Source: a virus
Direction: 5' to 3' (one strand)
IMG/VR virus record: IMGVR_UViG_3300024265_000031
DNA length: 64,000 nt
Shown: one piece after another, positions 30,688-42,131 of the stretch
Numbering within the stretch: the first letter of the stretch is position 1
Layout of the letters: each line of letters begins with the position of its first letter
Notes under the pieces: generated by a model
What the model was told of the DNA's origin: nothing
Seen by the model: only the letters and a program-made list of their open reading frames with translations
Databases searched by the model: none
Translations under genes and position numbers: made by a program

Positions 30688-31389
30688 TTAATTTCCTTTA
30701 GTTTTTGTTATATACTCCTCAAAATCTTTCAATCCTTCTGGAGATCCTATCTCATAAAATCTGGATTTCATTTCATATCCCATAATTCTATTGTGTTGAT
30801 GGTTATAAACTTCACTCAAGTCATATTTGATATTAGGTTTTAACACATCAAATGCTTCTTTATTAAAAACAGATAATCCATAATCAATGTGTTCCATTTC
30901 AGTTGTGCTGCTTTTCTTGCCATATTTTATAATTCGTCCATCCCTATATAAAACATTGCTCTTATCATATTTGTTTTGATTTTTATAAACCGTCATCATG
31001 CCCGATTTGTTCCAACATAGCTGTACAAAAGCATATCCAACTTCAACAAAGTCTACTGGCAAATAACTATCACCATACATTACAAAAAAACATTCTCCCA
31101 GTAGTGGAAGCGCTTTTTTTATTGCTCCTGCAGTTCCCAATGGCGTCCGTTCAATTGAATAAGATATTTTTAATCCGAATCTTTGTGTCCCTACAACATC
31201 AATTATTTTATTTGCTAAATGCCCTACACACAATACGACATTTTTAAATCCATTTTTGCTCAATAATTCTAACTGGTAAAAAATAAATGGCTTGTTGGCA
31301 ATTGTTATCAATGATTTAGGAACATTATTTCCTTGTTCTATTCGTGTTCCCAAGCCACCACAAAGAATTGTTATTGTTGGAAGTTTCAT
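30688..31389 (-). CDS. Sugar-phosphate nucleotidyltransferase (HddC-like)
   Basis: LCGGLGTR, PK, LGTAGAI, YGDSY. Confidence 0.85.
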   Translation of the reverse strand: MKLPTITILCGGLGTRIEQGNNVPKSLITIANKPFIFYQLELLSKNGFKNVVLCVGHLANKIIDVVGTQRFGLKISYSIERTPLGTAGAIKKALPLLGECFFVMYGDSYLPVDFVEVGYAFVQLCWNKSGMMTVYKNQNKYDKSNVLYRDGRIIKYGKKSSTTEMEHIDYGLSVFNKEAFDVLKPNIKYDLSEVYNHQHNRIMGYEMKSRFYEIGSPEGLKDFEEYITKTKGN

Positions 31390-32360
31390 ACTATTCGTTG
31401 ACTACCCTCAAAATCAAATGAAAAAACTAGCTCTTGCAAGCTATTTTTTTTCATATATTGTTTTAGTTTCCTTTTGTTTTCTATATAGCCAAGCAAAAAT
31501 CCACCATTGCCAGATCCAACCAATTTCATTCCTATTGCGCCATTATTTAAAGCATCATTTCTAATTTGCTCTATTTTGGGAGAGGTGTTGGTTCGCTCTT
31601 TTTTATTGTCCCATTGTACATTAAGCATTTCAGCAAATTCTTGCATCTTTCCTTTCTCAAGAAGTTTTTTTGATAATATTCCTATTTCTTTCAAATTCAT
31701 AAGATTAGATAACATTGCCTTATCATTATTTTTCGTAGCCTTGTCTTGAAAATACAATACGTTGTTGGTATTATGTTCAATATTTGTATAAAACAACATT
31801 AGATTCTCTTGAAGTTTTTCCAATGTGTCATGTGAAATATTGAGTGGAACATGTTTGACATTTCCGTTCTTCTGAAATTCTAAACACATAATTCCGCCTA
31901 ACGAAGATATATATTCATCTTGTTTGCCCTGTATCATACCCAATTTATCAATATTAATATTGCAAGCTAGTTCAGCAATTTCATGTGGCAATGTTGCTAT
32001 ATTTTTATGCAAATATAAAGCCTTTAAAAGAGCTACAGTAAATGCACCGCTACTTCCCAATCCACTTCCATTGGATGGCACATCGGCATGAGAAACAATT
32101 TCAAGTTGGGGTGTTTGAAAATCGAGTAATTTTATACATTCCTTTATAATTGGATGTGAAATATCTTGAGGAGATTTTACATTTTCTGTTTTAGAATATT
32201 TTAAAATAATTTTTTCTGTAAAAGTTCTATGAATGCTTATATAAATATATTTATTGATTGCTGCAGAGATGCAAAATCCGCCATGATTGTGAGAAAAACT
32301 TCCCAAATCAGTTCCACCTCCGCCAAGCGTAATTCTCAATGGGCTACGAACAATAATCAT
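31386..32360 (-). CDS. GHMP sugar kinase (heptose-7-phosphate kinase, HddA-like)
   Basis: PLRITLGGGGTD, GSGLGSSG, GKQD, GSGNGGF. Confidence 0.88.
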   Translation of the reverse strand: MIIVRSPLRITLGGGGTDLGSFSHNHGGFCISAAINKYIYISIHRTFTEKIILKYSKTENVKSPQDISHPIIKECIKLLDFQTPQLEIVSHADVPSNGSGLGSSGAFTVALLKALYLHKNIATLPHEIAELACNINIDKLGMIQGKQDEYISSLGGIMCLEFQKNGNVKHVPLNISHDTLEKLQENLMLFYTNIEHNTNNVLYFQDKATKNNDKAMLSNLMNLKEIGILSKKLLEKGKMQEFAEMLNVQWDNKKERTNTSPKIEQIRNDALNNGAIGMKLVGSGNGGFLLGYIENKRKLKQYMKKNSLQELVFSFDFEGSQRIV

Positions 32361-32838
32361 TGGGCAATTCCAATAGATGCTTCCAAGACTTCTCTTTCCT
32401 TATATTGTATATAGTATCAATACAAACGCCATACTTACTAGCAATATTTTTAACTGTGTCAGACCTACACTCCTCTCTTATGTTCATTACCTTATTTTCA
32501 TCAAGTTTTGCATAATGACTTTCTGAGCCACAAAGACTTCTTTGCCTTCCTTTATTGTCCCTATCTCTTACATTATCAATATGAGTTCCTAAATCTAAAT
32601 GTCTTGGATTGCAACAGGGCGGATTGTCGCATTTATGCATAACAATAAGCCCATCTATTTCTTTTTTATAAGTTATCAAAAATGAAAATCTGTGTGCTCT
32701 TACAATCTTTTTGCCCACGCCAAGTCTGCCATAATTCTTTCTGTCTTTGAAGGCTTTCCACTCCCAACACTCATCCTCAGATTTTTTATCCACATACCCC
32801 CAAAATCTTTCAATATCTTTTTGATCATATTTTATCAT
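32344..32838 (-). CDS. HNH endonuclease (homing-type) with HTH
   Basis: ECWEW, AHR, HKCDNPPCCNPRHL. Confidence 0.9.
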   Translation of the reverse strand: MIKYDQKDIERFWGYVDKKSEDECWEWKAFKDRKNYGRLGVGKKIVRAHRFSFLITYKKEIDGLIVMHKCDNPPCCNPRHLDLGTHIDNVRDRDNKGRQRSLCGSESHYAKLDENKVMNIREECRSDTVKNIASKYGVCIDTIYNIRKEKSWKHLLELPNDYCS

Positions 32839-33824
32839 CTATTCACCTTATAAACTTTCTCTACAACATCCAAAACCATTCCAGCATGATATAATCCTGG
32901 CTCTGGGCTTCTGTTTTCAGTAATATCTCTATAAAATTCTTTATATTCAATTCCCCAAGAGTTATCTGGTTTTGGATATTCATAATGTGTAATATCTGGA
33001 ATGCCTAAATCTGGAGACATCTTGTAATATGAAAGTCTCTCAATACCGTAAGATCCGCCTAAGCCCTCAATTTGAAGTTTTCCAGTTCTGCCATATATTT
33101 CAAATGAAAACATATTGCGCCATTCAGTACAGCTTGCATGGAGAAATGCCATTTGATCATTTTTAGTTCTGAGCCACATAAAGCCATTATCTTCTACAGG
33201 CATATCCCAAAAATAGGTGTTTGTAAATCCACCAACTTCATTAAAATTTTCCAAAAACATTAGAGAAAGGTCAATTAAATGGCTTCCCTGGTCGAGAGTT
33301 TCGCCGCCTCCTGATAGTGCTAGATTAGATCTCCATTCTTTGTTATATCCTCTTCTTCCGCCATGACCATATCTACCTCGTATAAACATAATTTGTCCAA
33401 TGCCATTATAATATTGAATAATTTTTCGTGCCTTCATAATGGCTGGATGATAACGATGATTATAACCTATCCTTACTTTAACATTGTTTTCTGTGGCTGC
33501 AGCCATAAGTTCAACAATCTCTATGGTACTTATTCCTCCTGGTTTCTCTATAAAAACATGTTTGCCAGCACTGATTGCCTTCAAAGCATTGGGAGCCAAA
33601 TAAGCATTTGGAGTACAAATAAATACAGCATCAACTGTTGATAACATGCCGTCTGTTGTTGTGGTTGCAATTGCACTCGCCCCATCTAATCCATTAACCA
33701 TCTTCTGTGCTTTGTTAATATCAGAATCTACACAAAGTTTTAATGATCCATATGGTAAATATTTAGCACGCTTATTTCCCATAAGGCCACACCCAACAAT
33801 CCCAAAGCGCAAACTATCTACCAT
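32835..33824 (-). CDS. Gfo/Idh/MocA oxidoreductase
   Basis: GCGLMG, EKP, GYNHRY, GGG..DQGSH. Confidence 0.9.
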   Translation of the reverse strand: MVDSLRFGIVGCGLMGNKRAKYLPYGSLKLCVDSDINKAQKMVNGLDGASAIATTTTDGMLSTVDAVFICTPNAYLAPNALKAISAGKHVFIEKPGGISTIEIVELMAAATENNVKVRIGYNHRYHPAIMKARKIIQYYNGIGQIMFIRGRYGHGGRRGYNKEWRSNLALSGGGETLDQGSHLIDLSLMFLENFNEVGGFTNTYFWDMPVEDNGFMWLRTKNDQMAFLHASCTEWRNMFSFEIYGRTGKLQIEGLGGSYGIERLSYYKMSPDLGIPDITHYEYPKPDNSWGIEYKEFYRDITENRSPEPGLYHAGMVLDVVEKVYKVNR

Positions 33825-34659
33825 AATTTTTATCCAATGAATTTGGAATACCCCTGCAATCTCTTGCAGTCAATCTTCGCAAAGTATATACATTGCTTTC
33901 TATAATTTTTTGTTTTATTCGCAATATGTCTTCCCAATTGTCCCACATTGCGCTCATTGTTTTTCCAGTTATGCCATTGCTTTCTTCTGAAAGTAAAAAC
34001 ATAGCGAGATTAATCGCATCGCTACTAACAGAGGGGTTACGTTCTTTTACTCTTTGGGCTTTTTGATATTCTTCTTTTCCCACCAAATCAATTCCCGCAA
34101 CAAGAGTTTCTTCAGTCATATTTGAATACATTATGCCAGGAGAGACACAATTAACATCTATACCTATCTCTTTCAATTCTTCTGCAAGATTTTCAGACAG
34201 CCTAACAAGACCAGTTTTAGAAACTGCATAGGGAGAAAACATTGGTCTGGGAGAGACAGCACCTCCGCCAGACAAATTGATTATTTTACTTCCTATTTTC
34301 ATTTTAGGTATCAATATTCTCATTAACTGAAATGGTGCAGTTAAATTCGTTTGAATCGCCTTATGCCATTCCTTAGATGAAAGCATCCAAGTGTTATTAA
34401 TTTGTCCTTGAATTGCTGCATTATTAATTAGGGCATGAACAATTGGGAACGCAGTAGTTAATCTTAAACAAACACTTGAAGTTTTTTCTTCTTTAGATAA
34501 ATCACATTTGAACCACCTAATTCTTTTACTTATCAAATCTGGTTTAGTTCTAGAAATTAAGACAAGATTCGCTCCTTCATCATGGCATCTTTGTGCTATT
34601 GCCAAGCCCAATCCTCTACTGGCTCCTGTAATTACAATGTTCTTATCTTGTAGTTTCAT
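33814..34659 (-). CDS. SDR oxidoreductase
   Basis: TGASRGLG, NNAA, YAVSK. Confidence 0.9.
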   Translation of the reverse strand: MKLQDKNIVITGASRGLGLAIAQRCHDEGANLVLISRTKPDLISKRIRWFKCDLSKEEKTSSVCLRLTTAFPIVHALINNAAIQGQINNTWMLSSKEWHKAIQTNLTAPFQLMRILIPKMKIGSKIINLSGGGAVSPRPMFSPYAVSKTGLVRLSENLAEELKEIGIDVNCVSPGIMYSNMTEETLVAGIDLVGKEEYQKAQRVKERNPSVSSDAINLAMFLLSEESNGITGKTMSAMWDNWEDILRIKQKIIESNVYTLRRLTARDCRGIPNSLDKNYGR

Positions 34660-35600
34660 AAATTATTCACACAATCCTTTTCTATTAAAAAATCCAAAGT
34701 CTCTTGTATTGATTCTTTAATAGTATACTTTGGTTTCCATCCTAACGACATTATCTTTGCGATATCTAACCAAATAAATGAATTATCTCCCTTCCAACTT
34801 TCTCCAGTAAAAGAAAATTTAGGAAGTAAATTTAAATGTTCAGCTACAACTCTTGCACAATCTGTTACACTTAAATATTCATCTGTTCCCAAATTAAAAA
34901 TATTTACTTGCTCTTTTGATTTATCAATTGCTACCAACATTCCCTCAATACAGTCTTGCACATTCAAATAACTTTTACAAATGGTTCCATCTCCAATTAT
35001 TTCAAGATTATAAACATCTTCTCTCAATTTATTGTAAAAATCTACAACAAATCCCTTATGGTAATTTTTCCCAAGCAATGACACAAACCTAAATATCCAA
35101 CTTTGAAATCCATATCCTTCACAATATGCTTGTATTAAACTTTCTCCAGCTAATTTAGAAGCTCCATATAATGATGTTTGAATTGGAAATGGCGCATCTT
35201 CTGGAATAGGAACATCTTTTGTTTCTCCATATACAGACCCAGTAGAAGCAAACATAATATTTTTTATTTTATTTTTTCGCATTGCTTCTAAGATTGTAAA
35301 TGTTCCCATTGTATTTTGATTTAAGTCTTTTTCAGGAGTTTTTAATCCATACCTAACATCTGCATTTGCAGCCAAATGAAAAATAAAACCACAATCTTTC
35401 ATTGCCCATGTTAAATTTTCAAAATCTAGTATGTCACCATTTATCATACAAAAATTAGAAAATTTATATGCGTCATATAGATACTTGCTTTTCCCAGTAC
35501 TAAAATTATCATATCCTACAACTTCATATCCATCAGTTAGCAGCCTATCAACTAGGTTGCTTCCAACAAATCCTGCAGCGCCAGTAACAAACGCTTTCAT
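34656..35600 (-). CDS. NAD-dependent epimerase/dehydratase
   Basis: TGAAGFVG, HLAA, YGASK. Confidence 0.92.
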   Translation of the reverse strand: MKAFVTGAAGFVGSNLVDRLLTDGYEVVGYDNFSTGKSKYLYDAYKFSNFCMINGDILDFENLTWAMKDCGFIFHLAANADVRYGLKTPEKDLNQNTMGTFTILEAMRKNKIKNIMFASTGSVYGETKDVPIPEDAPFPIQTSLYGASKLAGESLIQAYCEGYGFQSWIFRFVSLLGKNYHKGFVVDFYNKLREDVYNLEIIGDGTICKSYLNVQDCIEGMLVAIDKSKEQVNIFNLGTDEYLSVTDCARVVAEHLNLLPKFSFTGESWKGDNSFIWLDIAKIMSLGWKPKYTIKESIQETLDFLIEKDCVNNL

Positions 35601-36685
35601 TCATTATATCCTTTATCAATAATTTCTTTGCATGTATTTAAAATCTTAGATACATTCTTATCTATAGTTTGATTCATTGCAAATTTATATGGTTCTTCTT
35701 TAGCAAACTTGCGATGATCATCAAGATTTTGTATCATTTCTTCTATTGTTGTGTACCAAATATTTTGTTGATTTTTTATTACTTTCCCATACTGTTTAAT
35801 ATCATCATACGATTTATTATCTGATCCAATCCAAGGAATTTTCAACAACATATATTCAAGTGGCTTAATCCAAGAACGTCTTTGATCATATTGTCCGCAG
35901 AGTGGAGCTAACCCAATGTCAAAATTAGCTAAAACTTTAGGCCATTCAGAAAATTTAACAAATTTATTATAAGTTTTCTTATCGTCTGGCAAATTAATTT
36001 TATCATATACTCTCTTATCGCCAGCAATCATAATCTTTACTTGAGGATAATTTTTACATATTTTTTGTAATGCTTTTATTATTCCACTCTCTTCAAAACT
36101 TTGCACATGAGAAAGACTTCCGCCCCATCCTATGATTATATTATCACCATTGTCTTCTTTTATAACATTTTTATAATGAGTAATATCGACATAGTTAGGA
36201 ACATAATATGCATCTGAGTACCTATCCCAATCTTTCATCAAAACTTTAGACGGTAACATAATTCCCGCCACCATTCTCAGCCCCCACTTAAATTGTGTTA
36301 GGGGCAATGGCTTTATCTCAACATCTACCTCTCCCTCTGGAGTTTTATTTTTTGCAGATCCTAAAACCCAAAATGGATAGGCAATGTTAGTGTCACGCAT
36401 CATATCATATGCATCATCAAAGTTTGCAACTATCATTTTATTACGAACTTTCCAGTACATAATCATTGTCAAATTATCACCAAAGAAATTTCTTTCAATG
36501 ATAATTATGTCTGCCTTGTTACATAGGTTTTGTACTTCTGGTGAATTTGCAGCAAATTGACCAGAATTAATTAAATAAGCCTCATTTTTCTTTGTTTTAT
36601 TAATGGCATCAACTGGCATCACACATCTCCAATTGGTGGTATTATATTCCTTGTAGGAATCCGCATAAACATATACAATTATCAA
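35597..36685 (-). CDS. GT-B glycosyltransferase (phage type)
   Basis: IGWGGS.SH, DIGLAPL, KPLEY. Confidence 0.75.
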   Translation of the reverse strand: MIIVYVYADSYKEYNTTNWRCVMPVDAINKTKKNEAYLINSGQFAANSPEVQNLCNKADIIIIERNFFGDNLTMIMYWKVRNKMIVANFDDAYDMMRDTNIAYPFWVLGSAKNKTPEGEVDVEIKPLPLTQFKWGLRMVAGIMLPSKVLMKDWDRYSDAYYVPNYVDITHYKNVIKEDNGDNIIIGWGGSLSHVQSFEESGIIKALQKICKNYPQVKIMIAGDKRVYDKINLPDDKKTYNKFVKFSEWPKVLANFDIGLAPLCGQYDQRRSWIKPLEYMLLKIPWIGSDNKSYDDIKQYGKVIKNQQNIWYTTIEEMIQNLDDHRKFAKEEPYKFAMNQTIDKNVSKILNTCKEIIDKGYNE

Positions 36686-36725
36686 TTTTATCTCCTCATT
36701 CCACGCATATTGTTAAAAGCAAAAA

Positions 36726-36799
36726 CGCTGATGACGAGATTTGAACTCGCAAGCCTTCTGTTCGACAGACAGATGTGCTACCATTTACACCACACCAGC
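36726..36799 (-). tRNA. tRNA-Asp(GTC)
   Basis: TCTGT-CT-GTC-GA-ACAGA. Confidence 0.88.
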
Positions 36800-36823
36800 A
36801 CAATAAAATTTTCACTAATTCAA

Positions 36824-36852
36824 ATTATACCACACAATTGTTATTTTGTCAA
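36824..36852 (-). promoter_or_regulatory. Consensus sigma70 promoter for tRNA-Asp and the glycosylation operon
   Basis: TTGACA-17-TATAAT with TGTGG. Confidence 0.85.
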
Positions 36853-37039
36853 TGGTTATTTTATAATATTTCCAAATAAAATCAAAGTTTTATTTCAAAT
36901 TGTAACAAGAAACATAATACAATTCCACCTATAATAAGAAATAAAAAATTAGCTAATCCCAACACATATACAGGTAAATATAAAACTATTCCAATTAAAG
37001 CAATATTTATTATCCATTTGCCAATAATTCGTAACATAT

Positions 37040-37558
37040 TTATTTATTTTCCAATGTGTTTGTTATATCAAATAAAATTTCTTGGATTTTTCTATTGCTA
37101 TCAATGATGTGTGTAACTTCACTTTCAATTCCTTGAAAAACTCCTTGGTCTGAAAATATTCGTTTTACTATTTCCATGATTTCATCGCCTCGTTTTGCCA
37201 TACGAATTAGCCTTTCCCTTTCTGTACATTTCAAATAAAAAGATGTAATATTTAGGTTTTTCATTTTCTTTAATTGTCGTAATCCACTTGGTTCTACAAC
37301 TACAACAGCATCATTTGTGCAATCGTCTTTAGCAATGCCATAATGCCAACCACGATATGTAACGTGTTCTGCAAAAAATCCATCTTGCTTATTATACTCA
37401 AAAGCCTCTTCAGTTAAAAAATGATAGTCTTTCCCATCGTTTTCGCTGGATCTTCCTGGCCGTGTAGTGTAAGATATTATTTTATCGTATCCCAATTTTA
37501 CTAATTCGTTTTCAATAGTGCTTTTCCCTGATGCAGATTCTCCCATGAGTACAATCAT
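37040..37558 (-). CDS. gmk: Guanylate kinase-like
   Basis: GESASGKST, SYTTRP.R..E.DGKDYHF, YG. Confidence 0.8.
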   Translation of the reverse strand: MIVLMGESASGKSTIENELVKLGYDKIISYTTRPGRSSENDGKDYHFLTEEAFEYNKQDGFFAEHVTYRGWHYGIAKDDCTNDAVVVVEPSGLRQLKKMKNLNITSFYLKCTERERLIRMAKRGDEIMEIVKRIFSDQGVFQGIESEVTHIIDSNRKIQEILFDITNTLENK

Positions 37559-38109
37559 AATTCCGCTGCTTCAATCACAAATTTGACACAATTCACTACC
37601 TTTTCCCAATTTTCTGCTATAAGAAAACCTGAAGAATTTTTTTGTTCAAGTTCATTCCAAGGTCTTGCATATAGAATTGATAATCCAGAAAAATTATTTA
37701 TATTATGTATAGCATCATCAATCATTATGTTTGCTTTGATAAGACTCTTATCGTGGCATTCAAAATAATCCATTTTATTACACTCATATCCATGGTCATT
37801 TAGCCATCTAAGTTTTCTTCCAGCAGATCCATTGGTAGAAGCTGTTGTAAAAATAACCCTATGTCCCATTCGTCTTAATCTAATTATGCCAACTTGAGAT
37901 CCTAGCACTGGATGTATGTAATCATACATGTTTGGATTTTCAATGTAATCAAGAATCTTATTCCCACATTTTGGACTAACAAACTTCTCTATGTCCCATT
38001 CAATTATATCTTGCGGACGAAGATAATCTCTGTAGTCGCGGTTATATTCAAGCAACCACCTAGAAATTAAATCAGCACACACATCATCTACATCTACCAT
38101 AACAATCAT
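37555..38109 (-). CDS. 5'(3')-deoxyribonucleotidase (HAD, NT5C-like)
   Basis: VDVDDV, K..WL, IMIDD, PWN. Confidence 0.8.
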   Translation of the reverse strand: MIVMVDVDDVCADLISRWLLEYNRDYRDYLRPQDIIEWDIEKFVSPKCGNKILDYIENPNMYDYIHPVLGSQVGIIRLRRMGHRVIFTTASTNGSAGRKLRWLNDHGYECNKMDYFECHDKSLIKANIMIDDAIHNINNFSGLSILYARPWNELEQKNSSGFLIAENWEKVVNCVKFVIEAAEL

Positions 38110-39066
38110 ATATTTTTCCTGAATAAAATAATCATTTTATTTAAGTATACCACACTTCACCTTCAACTTTGTGATATTTTTTTTCATAAACAAGAACGCC
38201 CCCTTCTATTGATCCATCCTGAATAGAAAGCATAACATTTTTGTTTTTTAAAAAATCATATTCAATCTTGAGATATTTTTCAATGTTATCTTTCTGATCA
38301 TTCATGTAAAAGACAACGGTTTCAAACTTACCAAATGCATAAACATCTCTATTTAAACTAGATAAGATTGCTTCTGCATCTTCAAGTTTTGTTGTATAAA
38401 TGTTTTCATGATGTGCAAAAGTGTTTGCTGTAAAATCATGTGGCATAACAACAACTGTCTTATATATTCCTCCAAATACAGCTTGTTCTCCTATCCTTTT
38501 AGATTTAAAACCCTTTCCTTGAAAAATCAACATTCTGTTCTCCTGATATTCAATAAAATGATCGTTTTATCTTTTAAAGTTTGAATTGAATTGACGAGAA
38601 CAAGTACTTATTTATAAAGGGAAACAACACTCTACCACACCACACAATACTCAACCAACCCAAAGGAAGTATAGAAACAGGAATAAAACTTGCTACAAGC
38701 CATCCGTTTTCCTTAGTGTCTTGTTTTATCATATCGGAAAAACACCATGCCAATGATGCCCAAGTTAAGAACATAGGCAATCCCATAATTAATATGATAA
38801 TTCCAATAATATAAAAAATAATTTTCCACAATATCGTATTTATTTTTCTCAATAAAATAGCCATTTTATTTATCGTCATCGTTCCAATGATTTCCAATCC
38901 ACCAAAATATAACAATAACTATTGCCGCAGAACTAAACACTAAAGTTATTATTGGTAAATCTAGCCAATCTCCATCGAACTGTGTTACACACCAAATACA
39001 ACTTGCATATGTTCCGCCGCACAAAAATGCCAATGCGTACTTTATTCCTTGTATCATTTTATCTCC

Positions 39067-39270
39067 TCAGTTTTTATTTTCTTCTTTATTATTTGTTGCT
39101 GAATAAAAATCTTTTCCAATAAATTTAATTGTTGGAACAGCAAACAATTTTTTAGCAATTTGATTACAAATGGGACATGCTATATTTAGTTTGCTAGGAT
39201 CTTCCCAGTGTTTAAAAAGTTTTTCAAATGTTAATTCGCAAGAAGCGCATTCAAATTCATACAGAGGCAT
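39067..39270 (-). CDS. FmdB-family zinc-ribbon protein
   Basis: MPLYEFECASC...CPIC...F.G..FY. Confidence 0.8.
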   Translation of the reverse strand: MPLYEFECASCELTFEKLFKHWEDPSKLNIACPICNQIAKKLFAVPTIKFIGKDFYSATNNKEENKN

Positions 39271-39776
39271 TTTTCTTTTTCAATTTCTTCAATGGCTTTT
39301 TAGACGTTGAATGATAAGCTCTCTTAATCACACGCATATAATGCATTCTTCCCCTATGATTATTGCCAAAAACTCTTTTCAGAGTAGCCATAGCTAGACC
39401 AAATTCTTCAGAGAATTTATCTTCTTTTGTGCATCTCACTGTAGTTTTAGTGCCATCAGGCCATAAAACAGTTGTGAATGGATCAGCAAACCAAATTTTT
39501 TCTGGTGTAAGTTGTTCAATCTTATTGAATTTCACTTGTCTTTTCCTTTTTTGTTTATTTCTATCATATATAATTTCTTCTTCTTTTGTGACTTTTACAA
39601 TATTATATTGGTTTTGAGGATATACCATATCTTCATTGTATCTGCTAGGATTTACAGCTATCCATCCACCTTTTCGTCTTCCCTTCAATTCTCCAGCCTC
39701 CAAAACTATAGTATATACTCTTCCATTGGCTAATTCTACAACCATTCCTGGTTCTAAATCTTTAAGTTTCATATAT

Positions 39777-40232
39777 TTATTTATCCTTTTCTTGTATAAC
39801 AATTGAATCAATTTGATTTATATATGCTTCCATTACTAATCTATAACATGTCATATTCGGAAAATATTTTTTAGGATTTAAAAATTTCCAATCCTGTTCA
39901 TCTTGAAAAATTTTTCCTATTGCTGCCGCTATACCAGCAGATCTTGAAATTCCAGCAGTGCAATGAATTATCAAATAGTTGGCATTTTTCTCAGGGATAT
40001 CGTGAATAACGAATCCTACGATTTGTTCTGCGTCTCTTTTTGACATTGGAGTAGCATATTTAGTCTCGTTCCATTCAACGTCATCAAATGACATTCTTAA
40101 AATACTAATCAAAGATCCCAGTTTAATTTTTGCCCAAGGCGCATTATTATCAACAATAGATATCATAATAGAATTTTCTGGAAATTTCTCAGTTTCTTCT
40201 GCTTCTCTCTGTGACATTACTATAATTTTCAT
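39777..40232 (-). CDS. Cys-based phosphatase (PTP/DSP-like)
   Basis: HCTAGISRS (CX5R). Confidence 0.8.
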   Translation of the reverse strand: MKIIVMSQREAEETEKFPENSIMISIVDNNAPWAKIKLGSLISILRMSFDDVEWNETKYATPMSKRDAEQIVGFVIHDIPEKNANYLIIHCTAGISRSAGIAAAIGKIFQDEQDWKFLNPKKYFPNMTCYRLVMEAYINQIDSIVIQEKDK

Positions 40233-40256
40233 AATTCTCCAGATAAAATCTTGTTT

Positions 40257-41243
40257 TTATTGGGTATCGTTTTGATCCCAACTACCTTGATACAATTTCA
40301 TATGTTCAACTTCTGTTCTATCCATGATAACACGAAAATACAATTCTGTCAAGCCCTTTCGGTCTGCTGAGAAAGGCAATTCTGAATGCTCGTACCATTT
40401 ATTAAAATTTAAATCAATCTTTTCTGCTTCTTCAACCACTTGTTCGTATGAAAAGGATCCATTTTTTATTCCCAAAAGGAATTCTCTGTTATTTAATGGG
40501 AACCTAATCTCTCCAGTAAGTAAAAGCTGTCTTCCTTCTTCAATCAATCTAAATAAATGATAGGCATGTTTAGTATCATAACCATGTTTATCTTCTAAGA
40601 TTTTTCGTTCTGGGTTACGATTCTTAAACCATTGCATATAATTGTCCCATTTCTTTTTTTCAATCCTATATTCAACTTCTCTATAGATTTCATCCACTAC
40701 TGCTTCATGTAAGTATGCCTTACCAATTTTTGCAATTGCATCAAGACCTTCGCCAGAAATAAGAGGAACATCAGGTAATCCACGTTCAAATCTAGTTGGT
40801 TTTTTTGTTGGTGGATTGATAAACCATTGCCTACGTCTCTTGATCGCATTCAACTGGCTAATAGCATATCCAGAGAAAGTATACCTTGCTTTTTTGCTAA
40901 GAAACAAATGTTTATTCTCAAGTATAAGTTTCCATCTGTTATTCATATGCAAAATGTTTTCATTGGGAATGAAAAGCATTTCAATAATGTTTGGATTGGC
41001 ATCAGCACACAGTTTGAAGAATTTAGCTAATGCATAAATTGTTTTATCTTCATTTTCAAACCCGCTATCTTTTTGATCGAAGTTCATAAAGGGGTCTAAA
41101 AGAATTTCTTCTGGCGGAAGACACACTCCCCTATAATCATAGTCAGAAATCTCTGTATGTGTGCCGTATAATCTGCTGCCTGTCACACACTCAAAAATTT
41201 TAAAATCTAGATGGTCAGGATCAAACTTTATTTTTTGTTTCAT
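40257..41243 (-). CDS. Pol beta-superfamily nucleotidyltransferase (phage type)
   Basis: GSRLYG...SDYDYRG, NPNIIE, YDTKHAYHLFRL. Confidence 0.8.
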   Translation of the reverse strand: MKQKIKFDPDHLDFKIFECVTGSRLYGTHTEISDYDYRGVCLPPEEILLDPFMNFDQKDSGFENEDKTIYALAKFFKLCADANPNIIEMLFIPNENILHMNNRWKLILENKHLFLSKKARYTFSGYAISQLNAIKRRRQWFINPPTKKPTRFERGLPDVPLISGEGLDAIAKIGKAYLHEAVVDEIYREVEYRIEKKKWDNYMQWFKNRNPERKILEDKHGYDTKHAYHLFRLIEEGRQLLLTGEIRFPLNNREFLLGIKNGSFSYEQVVEEAEKIDLNFNKWYEHSELPFSADRKGLTELYFRVIMDRTEVEHMKLYQGSWDQNDTQ

Positions 41244-42131
41244 AAAATTTTCACGGAAGTCCTTATTCTAAAAACAATTATTGTTTTTAAAATCTTCTGC
41301 TATTTCTTTATCTAGCAAGTCAAAATCAAATTCCCTATGTTTTGTAATTTTTCTTCTATCGCATCTTATGCATCTCTTATAGGCGGCCCAATGTCTTACT
41401 GGCATTCCAAAGTCACTATGGCCAAGATATTCTGTTTTATCCATTTTCCAAATGTGATCGCAAAAAATTTGTGTTATAAATTTTAACATATTTATTTTGG
41501 AGCTCCTCTTCTTAGTTTACTATAAGGAGAATCCTTGCAATCACATGTTATGGTCTTTTCTATTGCTCCCTTTTTCAATAAAAAATGCATGTATCCATCG
41601 CAAACCCATATTTTGTCTTGAAGAATCTCGCGCTTTGAATACTCAACAATATTGTCACATTTATCCATTATTTTATTCCTTTCCAATAAAACATTCATTT
41701 TATCTGTCATTGTAGATTGCTGTTTCTGCCATAATTTTTCTTAATATGTCCATATCTCCAGTTTTGTTATGTTGTCGTAAATCCTCTCTAATCTTTTTTA
41801 TACATTCTATTGCATGTTCATTTTCTTTTCTAAGAGATTCGACTTTAATTGTCTCGCTTCTTTTATTAACTTGTTCGCCATACATTTCCCACCACTTTTC
41901 ATCTAAATCGCCAGCGAATAGATGATTTGCTTCAGATTTTTCTATTTTTACCATAACAAATTTTCTTGTTACTTCATTTTCAAGTAACTTTTTGTGAGAT
42001 TTGGCAATCCAATGAGCTAAATCAATAGCTTCCAATGTTACGAGTCCATTTTCAGAGGTTGACCATATAACCCAACAAGGAATTTTTGGTTTATTTTCGT
42101 CTATCATGTCTTCTCCAATAAAATATTGCTT

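Noticed and set aside
32344-32838. HNH gene as part of a group I intron
   Set aside because: Flanking genes are intact separate ORFs overlapping it; it appears free-standing
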